Assembly: GCA_016201905.1 (NCBI GenBank)
Contig: JACQBQ010000018.1
Location: forward strand, 56,667-120,666
Direction of reading: 5' to 3'
Origin: Candidatus Melainabacteria bacterium
GTDB taxonomy: Bacteria; Cyanobacteriota; Vampirovibrionia; 2-02-FULL-35-15
DNA: 64,000 nucleotides
A program made the position numbers and the translations under genes. The notes below the pieces were generated by a model. That model made no database searches. It was not told the DNA's origin and saw only the letters and a program-made list of their open reading frames with translations. Positions 9,547 to 20,764 of the stretch are shown here, one piece after another (the first letter of the stretch is position 1; each line of letters opens with the position of its first letter).

Positions 9547-10386
9547 TTATCCTACTAATCGGCATTTTTTTCCAAAGATCATTTCTTTTACGGATTTGTT
9601 TATATTTTTTTCAGTTAAACTCTTTGCAAATAATCTTCTTAAAATGGTGGGTGAAAGCCTTGTCTTAAAACCATTTTCGCTTGAGGTCTTATCTATTATT
9701 AAGTTTATGCTTCTTGTTGAAAGTGGTAACTTTCCCAAGGTCGTAGCATGTCGAGGCATACCACTGATTAAATAGTCTTCAAGTGCAATTGGAGATTTTT
9801 CATTTATTTTTGAAAAAAATATTTCCATTAACATGACAGTTTTATCATCTATAAAAGTTAATTGATTCCTTGAAACTATTATTTGTCTGTTTGCCAGGTT
9901 TATATCTTTGATTTTTAGTGAGAGTAATTGTTTTATTGTTAGCCCTGATTTAGCAATTAGTGAAAAAATAAGCTTATCTCGAATTTCTTGTAGATTATTT
10001 TCAGGTAATGAATCTATTAGAGATAAAATCTCTTCATATTTAATAGGGAGATTGAAATTAACTTCAGGCATTGGTAGAGAAATTGATATGAAATGATCCG
10101 GTACATTTATTCCTGTTTCAATTAAATACTTTGTAAAATTCCTAAGTACTGTTATTTTCCTGCGATATGAAGCATAATTATATTTTTCCTTCATTGTATA
10201 TAAATATTCGTCCATTTCGTTTTTACTTGGCAGGTCATTTTTTTCAATGCGAAGAAAATATTTTAGAAATTGAAGCAAATCCACCTGATAAGCTCTAAAT
10301 GTCTGATATGGTGCATGTTTAATATTTTTTAGCCACTCTAAATAGTTTTGTACTAATTCATCAAGAGGTAGGATGTTTATCGTCAT
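9547..10386 (-). CDS. XerC/D-like tyrosine recombinase homolog lacking catalytic residues
   Basis: SAM-like N-domain (T.RAY..DL..F), RDKLIF.L...SGLT, LSPTILRR; no catalytic Tyr. Confidence 0.8.
   Translation of the reverse strand: MTINILPLDELVQNYLEWLKNIKHAPYQTFRAYQVDLLQFLKYFLRIEKNDLPSKNEMDEYLYTMKEKYNYASYRRKITVLRNFTKYLIETGINVPDHFISISLPMPEVNFNLPIKYEEILSLIDSLPENNLQEIRDKLIFSLIAKSGLTIKQLLSLKIKDINLANRQIIVSRNQLTFIDDKTVMLMEIFFSKINEKSPIALEDYLISGMPRHATTLGKLPLSTRSINLIIDKTSSENGFKTRLSPTILRRLFAKSLTEKNINKSVKEMIFGKKCRLVG
9740..9767. repeat. Degenerate 28-bp GTAG-type REP inside the Xer-like CDS
   Basis: GTCGTAGCATGTCGAGGCATACCACTGA, an imperfect palindrome encoding ISGMPRHATT. Confidence 0.45.
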
Positions 10387-12749
10387 AAAAGATTTACCGA
10401 ATCAATATCAAGTACAATGTCTACTTTAGCATTTTTGTTTATTCTTTGAAATAGACGATTAAAAATGAAATTGGTTTTTTCTTCATTTGGTATTTTACAG
10501 AGTATGTGATAGCGGTATTTGTTATGTAGTTTGGTGAAAAAGCAAGGAGCTGGACCTAAAAAGGATTGCCCGCCAGAGGTGGGTCCACCTTCGGTGGAGG
10601 AAGTAAGATTTAGCAACCCTGAACTTATCTCTAAAAGATGTTTTAATATTTCATTTGCAAAATCAAGACATTCTTTTTCATTGAGTGATTGAAAAATAAT
10701 TCTTGAAAGCTTTGTAAAAGGAGGATATGAAAAAAGCTCTCTTTGTTTAATCTCATTTTTATAAAAGCTATTAAAATTGTGATCTTGTATGAATTTAAAA
10801 ACTGGATTATCGGGTTGATAGGTTTGTATGAAGACTTTTCCTTCTTTTTGTCCTCTTCCTGCTCTTCCAGTTACTTGCGTTAAAATCTGAAAAGCTCTTT
10901 CATGTGATACATAGTCAGGGAAATGCAGCATGGTATCTGCTAGTACAACACCTACCACAGTAACATTTGGAAGGTCTAAACCCTTAGCAACAAGTTGTGT
11001 CCCAATCAATATATCGGCTTTATGAGAAGAAAAGTCTTTCCATATTTTTATATATTCATCTTTTTTTCTTAATTGATCACTGTCTACTCTGATTACTTTT
11101 GCATTACTAAATATTTTTATAACTTCTTCTTCAAGCTGTTGAGTGCCTAAACCAGAATACTTAAAGTGAGGACTTTTACAATCAGGGCATTCTCTAATGG
11201 TATTGGCTTGATAGCCGCAATGATGGCATATCATAAGAGAATAATTTTTATGAAATACAAGCGGTACAGAACAATTTTTACAAAACTGGATAAAGCCACA
11301 AGCTCTGCAAAAAATATGACTGGAATAACCACGCCTGTTTAACAGCAGAATGATTTGCTCATTTTTACTTAGGGCTTCATTTATACTGCTTTTTAATACA
11401 TTTGAAATTATGTTTTTATTCGTTTGAGGATATTCATTGGTTAAGTCCACTAGGTAAACTTTTGGCATTGGAACATTTTCAATTCTATTTGGCAGTTCAA
11501 GAATTGTGTGGTTTTTAAGACAATTATGGTAATCCACAATATTAGGTGTAGCTGTACCTAATATTACTGGACAGTTTTCAATTTCTCCTCTTTTTAGTGC
11601 GACTTTTATGGCATCATATCTTGGAGCAGGTGAAGCCTGCTTATATGATGGATCGTGAGCTTCGTCCAGCACAATTAGACCGATGTTTTTAATTGGAGCT
11701 AAAATTGCTGACCTTGCTCCAAGGATAATTTTTACTTTTTTATCATTACTTTGTATCTTTTCCCAGCTATTGAAACGCTCTTTTTTACTGACTGAGCTGT
11801 GCCATATTACAATCTCATCTGAGTTAAATCTTTTAGCCAATCTTTCAAATGCCTGAGGTATTAAATAAATTTCGGGTACTAGATAAATAGCTGTTTTATC
11901 TTTTTTTAAAACATCTTCAAATAGCTTTAGATAGACCTCTGTTTTTCCAGAGCCTGTAATGCCATGCAAAAGAAATGTCTTTGCTTCTTTTTTTTGAATT
12001 GATTCTAGTATTAAGTTATAAGCATTTTCTTGTTCTTTATTTAAAGTAAGGGTGGAAGGTTTAGGGCTGAAAGCTGGAAATTGCAAGTTAAGCTCTTTGT
12101 TCTTTCCATTTTGAGTTTTTGTCTCCTTCTTTTCTATGTATTTTATCTTTGCTCTTAAAACGCCTTTATTTTTTAACTCGTTAATTAACTGATAAAACCT
12201 TTGTTTAGTAAATCTTGATTTTTGTAATAAGAATTTGTAGCTTAAACTCTTTTTTGTACTTTTTAATAATTTATCGATTATAAATTTTTGCTCAGAGGTG
12301 AATATGGTTGAATCATGAATCTCTTCTGAGAGTTCTACTTCATGGGTGTATTGATCAAAAAAATCAGAACTTGCTGAACTTGAAAGCACAGTGCCAATAT
12401 TCGTTAGATAATAATTGCTAATCCATCTGGCTAGCTTTAAATAATTATCATCCCATATGGGGCTATTGTAAATAACGCTATATATGGGCCTGATTTTAAA
12501 ATCATTTTTGCTGTTTAAAGTATTCACTGTTTCTAAAACATAACCAGTGGATTCCTGTTTCCCAAATGGTACATGTACTACAGTGCCAACTTTTATTTCT
12601 TCTTTTAGTTCTTCAGGTATGAAATAATAAAAATAATCATGTTCAGTAGAGCTTAGCGGGACAGGAAGATCAATTGCTACTTTTGCATAATGTGTGACTT
12701 GTGGCTCATTGCTGCTTTCTTTTAGTTCTAAGCACGTATCACTTTTCAT
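10383..12749 (-). CDS. priA: Primosomal protein N' (PriA helicase)
   Basis: HGITGSGKTEVY, DEAHD, paired CxxC Zn motifs, GTQLVAKGLD, QVTGRAGR. Confidence 0.97.
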   Translation of the reverse strand: MKSDTCLELKESSNEPQVTHYAKVAIDLPVPLSSTEHDYFYYFIPEELKEEIKVGTVVHVPFGKQESTGYVLETVNTLNSKNDFKIRPIYSVIYNSPIWDDNYLKLARWISNYYLTNIGTVLSSSASSDFFDQYTHEVELSEEIHDSTIFTSEQKFIIDKLLKSTKKSLSYKFLLQKSRFTKQRFYQLINELKNKGVLRAKIKYIEKKETKTQNGKNKELNLQFPAFSPKPSTLTLNKEQENAYNLILESIQKKEAKTFLLHGITGSGKTEVYLKLFEDVLKKDKTAIYLVPEIYLIPQAFERLAKRFNSDEIVIWHSSVSKKERFNSWEKIQSNDKKVKIILGARSAILAPIKNIGLIVLDEAHDPSYKQASPAPRYDAIKVALKRGEIENCPVILGTATPNIVDYHNCLKNHTILELPNRIENVPMPKVYLVDLTNEYPQTNKNIISNVLKSSINEALSKNEQIILLLNRRGYSSHIFCRACGFIQFCKNCSVPLVFHKNYSLMICHHCGYQANTIRECPDCKSPHFKYSGLGTQQLEEEVIKIFSNAKVIRVDSDQLRKKDEYIKIWKDFSSHKADILIGTQLVAKGLDLPNVTVVGVVLADTMLHFPDYVSHERAFQILTQVTGRAGRGQKEGKVFIQTYQPDNPVFKFIQDHNFNSFYKNEIKQRELFSYPPFTKLSRIIFQSLNEKECLDFANEILKHLLEISSGLLNLTSSTEGGPTSGGQSFLGPAPCFFTKLHNKYRYHILCKIPNEEKTNFIFNRLFQRINKNAKVDIVLDIDSVNLL
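10569..10598. repeat. Two tandem 15-bp hairpins inserted in frame in priA
   Basis: CCCGCCAGAGGTGGG + TCCACCTTCGGTGGA, encoding about STEGGPTSGG. Confidence 0.6.
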
Positions 12750-13468
12750 AAATTAAATCCGCCACTATATTCAATATGAGCACCGGTTGTGTAGTCACTT
12801 TGAACCGTTTGAATTACAAGCTCTGCAAGACCTTTTAATGATCCTGTTTTCTTTAGAGGAATTTCTTTTTTTGGATAATGAATACTGTTTTCCATAACGC
12901 CTGGAGATATCATGTTTACTAGGATATTGTTCTTGGCTTCGTTTAACGCATATGCTTTTGTCATGAGTAAAATACCTGTTTTTGCAATTTGATAAGGTAG
13001 AATCAGTGGTTTTGCTACCATTTGCCCGCTTGATGCATAGCCTATATTAATGATTCTTCCTGACTTACTTTTTCTTAAGAGCGGAAGTGCATAATGTGTG
13101 CAATAAAAAGTTGAGTTTAAATTACCATCTATAATTTCATGCCATTCCTTAATAGTTAATTTATCCAAGCTTTTTTTTAGATAATTTCCTACATTGTTTA
13201 CAAGAATGTCTAATCTTTTATGTTTCAATTTAATTTTTTGAAACATTTGTGACACTTCATTTTTGTTTGTTAAATCTGCTGAAACAGATGAGATGTTTAA
13301 ATTTCTTTTTTGTAATTCATTTAATAAGGCTTTTGTTTCACTGTTACTTTTATAATAATGCACAATTACTCTATAGCCATTTTCGGCTATAGCTAGGAGA
13401 ATGGCTTTTCCAATGCCGCGGGAAGCACCGGTAACTAATGCGATTTTGCTATTGAGTTTTAAAGCCAT
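12746..13468 (-). CDS. SDR family oxidoreductase
   Basis: TGASRGIG, LVNNVG, YQIAK catalytic motif. Confidence 0.92.
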   Translation of the reverse strand: MALKLNSKIALVTGASRGIGKAILLAIAENGYRVIVHYYKSNSETKALLNELQKRNLNISSVSADLTNKNEVSQMFQKIKLKHKRLDILVNNVGNYLKKSLDKLTIKEWHEIIDGNLNSTFYCTHYALPLLRKSKSGRIINIGYASSGQMVAKPLILPYQIAKTGILLMTKAYALNEAKNNILVNMISPGVMENSIHYPKKEIPLKKTGSLKGLAELVIQTVQSDYTTGAHIEYSGGFNL

Positions 13469-13538
13469 ATCAACAATATAATAACAGTATAGATATGCTG
13501 CAGCATGTCCTTACATAGATAAAGAATTTTATAAACAA

Positions 13539-14507
13539 CTACGCATTAACAAAAATGCCTATATTCCTAAATTTTTCTTGTCTGTCTTTTTTTATTTCAT
13601 TGCTTGAAAGTCTGCTCAGTTCTTCTAAATGTTTCTTTACTGCAATTAGCAATTGTTCGCTAGTTTCTTTAGGATTATAGTGAGCTCCGCCTTCTACCTC
13701 AGGTATAATTTCGTCGATAATCCTTAATTTATATAAATCATAGGCTGTTATTTTCAGAGCATTTGCTGCTTCTTGCACTTTATCTTTTGTACGCCACAAA
13801 ATTGCTGCACAACCTTCAGGTGAGATGACAGAATAAACTGAATTCTCAAGCATTAAAATTCTATTTGCAACTCCAATTGCAAGAGCTCCACCCGATCCGC
13901 CTTCGCCAGTTATAACTGCTATTACAGGAACTGTAAGCCCGGCAAGTTCTCTTAAGTTCATTGCAATTGCATGGCTTTGATTGTGAGCTTCAGCTTCAAG
14001 CCCAGGATAAGCGCCTGGTGTGTCTATAAAAGTTAGAATAGGGAAATTAAACTTTTCAGCATGGTAAAAAAGCCTCAGAGCCTTTCTATAGCCTTCAGGT
14101 GATGGCATACCAAAGTTTCGTTTTTGATTTTCTTTTATATTTCTACCCTTTTGAGTACCAATTGCCATGATTGTCTGACCTTCAATTTCAATTAATCCAC
14201 CAATGATTGCTCCATCATCTTTACCTTCTCTGTCACCATGCAGTTCATGCCAGGTCGGACTTATTAGCTGTATGTAATCAAGTGGGTATGGTCTTTGTGG
14301 GTGTCTAGCAATTTTAACTCTGTCCAGAGGAGAGAGATCTTTATAAATCTGGCTTTTAACTTTGGCATATTGATTTTTTAAATCATTAACAACTTTCTTA
14401 TTGCCGTTTTGCAAAGTCTTTTGTTCTAACTCATTGATTTGCTTTGATAAAGCAATTAACGGTTTTTCAAAATCTAAAGCTATAAAATCTTTTTTTGTTT
14501 CTTTCAT
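13539..14507 (-). CDS. accA: Acetyl-CoA carboxylase carboxyltransferase alpha
   Basis: LDFEKP, ARHPQRP, PEGYRKALR, GEGGSGGAL. Confidence 0.97.
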   Translation of the reverse strand: MKETKKDFIALDFEKPLIALSKQINELEQKTLQNGNKKVVNDLKNQYAKVKSQIYKDLSPLDRVKIARHPQRPYPLDYIQLISPTWHELHGDREGKDDGAIIGGLIEIEGQTIMAIGTQKGRNIKENQKRNFGMPSPEGYRKALRLFYHAEKFNFPILTFIDTPGAYPGLEAEAHNQSHAIAMNLRELAGLTVPVIAVITGEGGSGGALAIGVANRILMLENSVYSVISPEGCAAILWRTKDKVQEAANALKITAYDLYKLRIIDEIIPEVEGGAHYNPKETSEQLLIAVKKHLEELSRLSSNEIKKDRQEKFRNIGIFVNA

Positions 14508-14515
14508 TAGTATGT

Positions 14516-15481
14516 TTAAATCCTTGCAAGTATCTTATCAATCATTGTTTTATCAATCCCATTACCAGAAAAGCTCTTTTTTGTATTCTGGGAGTGTAGT
14601 CTTATTAAGTCAGAGATGTGTTGTTTTAAATTTGGTCTTGGAACTACCAGATCAATTTGTCCGTTTTCTAATAAATATTCTGCAGTCTGGAAATCTTTAG
14701 GGAGCTTTTGCCTAATAGTCTCTTCTATAACACGACGGCCTGCAAAACCAATCCTGGCATGAGGTTCTGCAATTAATATATCTCCAAGCATTGCAAAACT
14801 GGCTGTTACACCACCAAAAGTGGGCTCAGTTAAAATTGAAATATATAATAATTTTGCTTCGTGAAGTTTTTTTAGGGCACCGGCTGTCTTTGCCATCTGC
14901 ATTAGACTTAAAATACCTTCATGCATTCTTGCTCCACCAGAACTTGATATAAGGACTAATGGCAATCTTTTGTCTATAGCATTTTCAATTAGTGAAACGA
15001 TTTTTTCTCCTACAACAGAACCCATACTACCGCCAATGTACTGAAACTCCATAACACCAATAGCAGTGAGTTGATTGTTTATGCTGCCTAGTCCTGTAAT
15101 GATGGCCTCTTTTACACCGGATGTTTTTTGTGCTTCATTTAATCGATTTTTATAGGGTTTTAAATCAACAAAGTTTAATGGGTCATCGGGTAATATATTT
15201 TCATTTATTTCGATAAAACTTCCATAGTCGATTAGCTGGTCGATTCTTTCTTGGGCACTTAGCCTATGATGAAAGCCGCAATGCTTACAAACTGATAAGT
15301 TCTTTTTAAGCTCGCTTGTATATAAAAGCTCATTGCAGCCCTGGCATTTTGTCCACAGGGTGCATAACAGTTCATCTGGTGGCTGAGCCTTTAGGTCCTG
15401 ACCATTAGCATTAGCAGTGCCGTTTTGCAGTTTAGCGGCCTTTTTTAATTGCCTGGTTTTAAAAAAATCTTTAAGTCCCAT
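14516..15481 (-). CDS. accD: Acetyl-CoA carboxylase carboxyltransferase beta
   Basis: LWTKC Zn finger, GGSMGSVVGEKI, SGGARM.EG, GFAGRRVIE. Confidence 0.97.
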   Translation of the reverse strand: MGLKDFFKTRQLKKAAKLQNGTANANGQDLKAQPPDELLCTLWTKCQGCNELLYTSELKKNLSVCKHCGFHHRLSAQERIDQLIDYGSFIEINENILPDDPLNFVDLKPYKNRLNEAQKTSGVKEAIITGLGSINNQLTAIGVMEFQYIGGSMGSVVGEKIVSLIENAIDKRLPLVLISSSGGARMHEGILSLMQMAKTAGALKKLHEAKLLYISILTEPTFGGVTASFAMLGDILIAEPHARIGFAGRRVIEETIRQKLPKDFQTAEYLLENGQIDLVVPRPNLKQHISDLIRLHSQNTKKSFSGNGIDKTMIDKILARI

Positions 15482-15681
15482 AGTTATTTACGCTGGTCCT
15501 TTCTTACATTTTTCTTTTTTGGTCATTTTCACCGTTATATTCTATTCCTTTAATTGTCTTGCTTAGTTTATAAGACCTATACTTTGTTATGATTTTTTTA
15601 TTTGAAAGTAGGTATATAAGCGATTATACAATTGAAAAATTAATAAAAAAAATAAAAAAATAATTAAGCGTTAAATGGAGA

Positions 15682-16716
15682 TTGATGTCAGTGTCAGATA
15701 TTAAAAAGGTTAACAAGTTAAATGAACTAAAAGTTGCATTTATTGCAGATGGTGTAAAAAATTTTTCTAAATCTGACATTTTTCACGACTCGAGTTTTGC
15801 GCTGATGTTAGCAGCGCAAGAATTGGATAAGAAAAATGTAAAGATCTTACTTACAGAATCAAATAATTTAAAAATTATTAATAATAAAGTTTTTGCTAAA
15901 TTTGATGAAGTTTCCTTAAAAAAGGAAGAAAGTAACCATTTACAGGTTAAAAGTACTAATGAATACGCCCTTGATACATTAGATATTATCTTTGCAAGAA
16001 AAGATCCGCCGATAAATGAAAGCTACCTTTCATACATTCTTATGCTTTCTTTGGTGCCTCATATTGGAAATGGTTCTCCAGAAAATGATTTTAAAACTCT
16101 TATTGTAAATAATCCTCTTGGAATTTTAAAAGCAAATGAAAAACTTTATGCTTTAAATTTTCCAGCTCTTATTCCTCATACTTTAGTTACTTCTAGGAAA
16201 AATGAAATCCTAGATTTTTTAAATGAGCATAAAGAAGCAGTTATAAAACCTTTATATGACAAGGGTGGCGGCGGAGTGTTTTATCTGAGTAAAAACATGA
16301 ACAATGTTCAGTCTATTATCGAAATTAGTACACAGGATGGTACAAAAGTTGCAATGGTTCAAAAATATATTCCTGAAGTTATAAAGGGAGACAAAAGAAT
16401 AATTCTTTTAAATGGAAATCCAATTGGTGCAATTCTTAGAATACCGAAAGTCGGTGAGTTCAGAGCAAATATGAATAGAGGAGCTTCAGTTGAACACTGT
16501 GAATTAAACAAAAGAGATCTAGAGATCTGTGAAACTATAAAGCCACATCTTCAAAAAGATGGCTTATATTTTACCGGCATAGATGTTATCGGAAATTATT
16601 TAACAGAGATAAATGTAACAAGCCCGACTGGCCTGCAGGAAATTGAAAGATTTACCGGAAGATCACTAGCAAAAGAGATAATTGATTGGGCAATTGAGAC
16701 TGCTTGTGATCATTAA
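15682..16716 (+). CDS. gshB: Glutathione synthetase
   Basis: DSS..LM, RKDPP, ANEKL, GDKRI, FRAN...G, TEINVTSPTG. Confidence 0.93.
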   Translation: MMSVSDIKKVNKLNELKVAFIADGVKNFSKSDIFHDSSFALMLAAQELDKKNVKILLTESNNLKIINNKVFAKFDEVSLKKEESNHLQVKSTNEYALDTLDIIFARKDPPINESYLSYILMLSLVPHIGNGSPENDFKTLIVNNPLGILKANEKLYALNFPALIPHTLVTSRKNEILDFLNEHKEAVIKPLYDKGGGGVFYLSKNMNNVQSIIEISTQDGTKVAMVQKYIPEVIKGDKRIILLNGNPIGAILRIPKVGEFRANMNRGASVEHCELNKRDLEICETIKPHLQKDGLYFTGIDVIGNYLTEINVTSPTGLQEIERFTGRSLAKEIIDWAIETACDH

Positions 16717-16770
16717 AAATGTGGTTAACTCTAAAGATCTGGGTATATAACGTAGAAATGCCAGGATCCT

Positions 16771-17259
16771 ATGGAAACATTAACAACAGATTTACAAGTA
16801 GCACAAATAATAATTATAAGAATTTTAGTTTCTTTTATTTTAGGTGTTTTAATTGGAATTGAAAGAGGAATAAGCCACAAAGCAGTGGGTTTTCGGACTT
16901 TGTCTTTAGTATGTGTGGGTTCTACTGGATTCACATTAATTTCAATTTATGGATTTCAAGGAGTAGACACTTCGCGTGTAGCTGCACAGATAGTAACTGG
17001 TATTGGTTTTCTTGGTGCAGGTGCAATACTGCATAGGGGATATATTACAAAAGGTTTAACTACTGCTACTGCACTCTGGGTGGCTGCAGCAGTAGGCATG
17101 GCGTGTGGAACTGGGATGTTTGTTCTTGCTTTTGTTATAACTTTAATGTCTTTAATTTTACTCTGGGTATTAAAACCATTTAAGATTCATCTCGATCGTA
17201 TGCTTGATAATGGAAATGGGAAGTCTAGCAAGAAGAAAAGTTCTGAGGATGAAGAGTAG
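16771..17259 (+). CDS. MgtC/SapB family protein
   Basis: IGIER, GFRT..LV, RVAAQIVTGIGFLGAG, GLTTA. Confidence 0.92.
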   Translation: METLTTDLQVAQIIIIRILVSFILGVLIGIERGISHKAVGFRTLSLVCVGSTGFTLISIYGFQGVDTSRVAAQIVTGIGFLGAGAILHRGYITKGLTTATALWVAAAVGMACGTGMFVLAFVITLMSLILLWVLKPFKIHLDRMLDNGNGKSSKKKSSEDEE

Positions 17260-17340
17260 GCATGGTTTTTTTAATTGTGCTTCGTACCTCAGTGCTTAAA
17301 TGTTCAATTCTTGCAAACTGTTTTGCGTGATAAAAGACTT

Positions 17341-17412
17341 TGCGCCTGGCGCGAATCGAACGCGCGGCCAATCGGTTAAAAGCCGAGTGCTCTACCCCTG
17401 AGCTACAAGCGC
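17341..17412 (-). tRNA. tRNA-Lys(UUU), CCA not encoded
   Basis: Reverse complement GCGCTTGTAGCTCAGGGGTAGAGCACTCGGC-TTT-TAACCGATTGGCCGCGCGTTCGATTCGCGCCAGGCGCA folds as a cloverleaf. Confidence 0.95.
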
Positions 17413-17474
17413 ATAAAGAAAAAGAACATGTATTAGATTAGCATATTAGGACTAAAGACCAAAGAGATACATTT

Positions 17475-18533
17475 TTAATTTTCATTTGATTCGCCAAGCT
17501 GCTCAAGCGAGTATTTAAATATTACATTTAGAACTCCAAAGATTGGCAGGGCAAAAAGTATACCAATTAGTCCAGCAGTTTTCAGACCAGCTAAAATTGC
17601 TATTAAAACTAAAACAGGATGCATGCCAATTGCATCTCCCATAATTCGTGGGGTGATCAGATTGTCCTGGATTAATCTTGTAAATCCTTCATAGACAACA
17701 ATTGGAATCCAAATTTTATATGGAGCAGTAAAAGCAATTACAAGCAATGCAGGCACAAGTCCTATCCACCCACCCACAACCGGAATAATAAAAGATATGA
17801 AGTGCCATAAGGCAAGCAATAAAGCATAGGGAAGATTTAATACGACATAAGATATAAACATAACCGTAGCATTGATTGCAGCTAGCTTTACCATGGCACC
17901 GTAAAAACCTCTTAAACACTTGTCCAGTTCGCTTACCAGGTTATGGATGTGATGTTGGTATTTGTCTGGAATATGTTTTGTAAGTTCTTTTATAATATTA
18001 TGTCCGTCTAAAAGAAAATAATAAGAAGTTACAGCTGTGACAAATATATAGAAAACAATGTGAAAAGTATTTTTAGCTACTCCTAAGATATTTCCAATTG
18101 GATCTAAGGTAAGGTTGCTAAACCTCTTCGTTAGCCCGCTTGTAGCAGTAGTTAAATTAACGGGGATGTTGTTTTTGTTTAGATACGTTTGAATGTTATG
18201 TATCTTTTGATCCAAGTGAATTCTGATAGCAGGAATTTGTCTAGTGAACTCTCCAAATTCTTTTGTAACTTTTGGAGAAATAAAAATAAATCCAGTGATA
18301 AGCAGGCTAAAAAGTGCTAAGTACGTCAGCATCACTGCTATTGCCCTAAACCTTACAATTTTTGTTAAAAAGTCAACAGGTCCTATAAGTAAATAAGAAA
18401 TTAATATTGAAATTCCAACAACAATTAAAATATCTGCAAAATATTTTGTAAATTTTAAACAAGCAAAAAGTAAAAGTACAATACCTGAAATTACTAAAAG
18501 TTGTTTTGCACGTCTGTCCCAAAATTCTGTCAT
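17475..18533 (-). CDS. AI-2E family transporter
   Basis: Multi-TM, YFLLDG, IPVVG, DNLITPRIMG..IGMHP. Confidence 0.9.
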   Translation of the reverse strand: MTEFWDRRAKQLLVISGIVLLLFACLKFTKYFADILIVVGISILISYLLIGPVDFLTKIVRFRAIAVMLTYLALFSLLITGFIFISPKVTKEFGEFTRQIPAIRIHLDQKIHNIQTYLNKNNIPVNLTTATSGLTKRFSNLTLDPIGNILGVAKNTFHIVFYIFVTAVTSYYFLLDGHNIIKELTKHIPDKYQHHIHNLVSELDKCLRGFYGAMVKLAAINATVMFISYVVLNLPYALLLALWHFISFIIPVVGGWIGLVPALLVIAFTAPYKIWIPIVVYEGFTRLIQDNLITPRIMGDAIGMHPVLVLIAILAGLKTAGLIGILFALPIFGVLNVIFKYSLEQLGESNEN

Positions 18534-18570
18534 TTTATTTCCCTTTTCTAGCTGTTAAATGGAGACGATG

Positions 18571-19389
18571 TTAAACACTTTTTGTGGCAGTGGTGGCTTG
18601 CTTTGGAATGCTTAATTCTCCACCAACTCTGTTTATAAGTGTTCCTATCTCTTCAATTTCAACAGCAACTTTATAATTTCTTTTTATAGGTCCAACTCCA
18701 CTAGGCGTTCCGGTCAAAATAATATCGCCTGGATACAGTGTCATGACTCTTGTTACGAAACTTATAAGATAAGGGATATTAAAAACCATTGAGCTGGCTT
18801 TTGCAAATTGGACAGGCTTGTCGTTCACATAGGTTTTTAATGTAAGGTTTTGAAATTTTGGAAACTCAGTAGCTGGAAGGATCCATGGACCTACAGGACA
18901 AAAGGTTTTAAAACCTTTTGCTCTTGTCCATTGACCGTCTTTTTTTTGTAGCTCTCTTGCTGTGATGTCATTTGCACAGGTGTAGCCTAAAACATAGTCC
19001 AGTGCTTTTTCCTCGCTGACATTTTCTGCCTCTTTTTTGATAACTACTGCAATTTCACCTTCATAATCCACCTGCCCAACATCATTTGGCAGAATAATTC
19101 TTTCTTCAGGTCCAATAATGGATTCAGGAGATTTTAAAAATATGATCGGTTCACTTGGAATCTCGGATTTAAATTCTTTTATGTGACTTTTATAATTTTT
19201 ACCAATTCCAATGATTTTTCTGGGTTCAATACATAAGAGAGGATGCAGCTGATTAAAATTAAACGGACTGCCTGTTTTATTTGGATAGAAGATGGACTCA
19301 ATTGGATAAACCAGATTTTCTTCTCGATCATAGTGACCATAAAATGCTAATTTCTTGCGTGGATGAAAAAATTTACCTAAGTAATACAA
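18571..19389 (-). CDS. Fumarylacetoacetate hydrolase family protein
   Basis: IGKNY..H, DYEGE, NDITARE, LTGTP.GVG. Confidence 0.92.
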   Translation of the reverse strand: MYYLGKFFHPRKKLAFYGHYDREENLVYPIESIFYPNKTGSPFNFNQLHPLLCIEPRKIIGIGKNYKSHIKEFKSEIPSEPIIFLKSPESIIGPEERIILPNDVGQVDYEGEIAVVIKKEAENVSEEKALDYVLGYTCANDITARELQKKDGQWTRAKGFKTFCPVGPWILPATEFPKFQNLTLKTYVNDKPVQFAKASSMVFNIPYLISFVTRVMTLYPGDIILTGTPSGVGPIKRNYKVAVEIEEIGTLINRVGGELSIPKQATTATKSV

Positions 19390-19392
19390 TGG

Positions 19393-20673
<1,281 letters not shown>

Positions 20674-20764
20674 TTAGAGTCGTTTGTAATCTAAATCATT
20701 TTAACAAACTTTATTATATTATTGTGCCTAAGTACTTAAATACCTAAGCACTTATAATTAAATT

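Noticed and set aside
20724-20752. Possible cyanobacterial-type LexA box or 8-mer repeats upstream of uvrC
   Set aside because: Only mismatched matches in AT-rich DNA; not supportable
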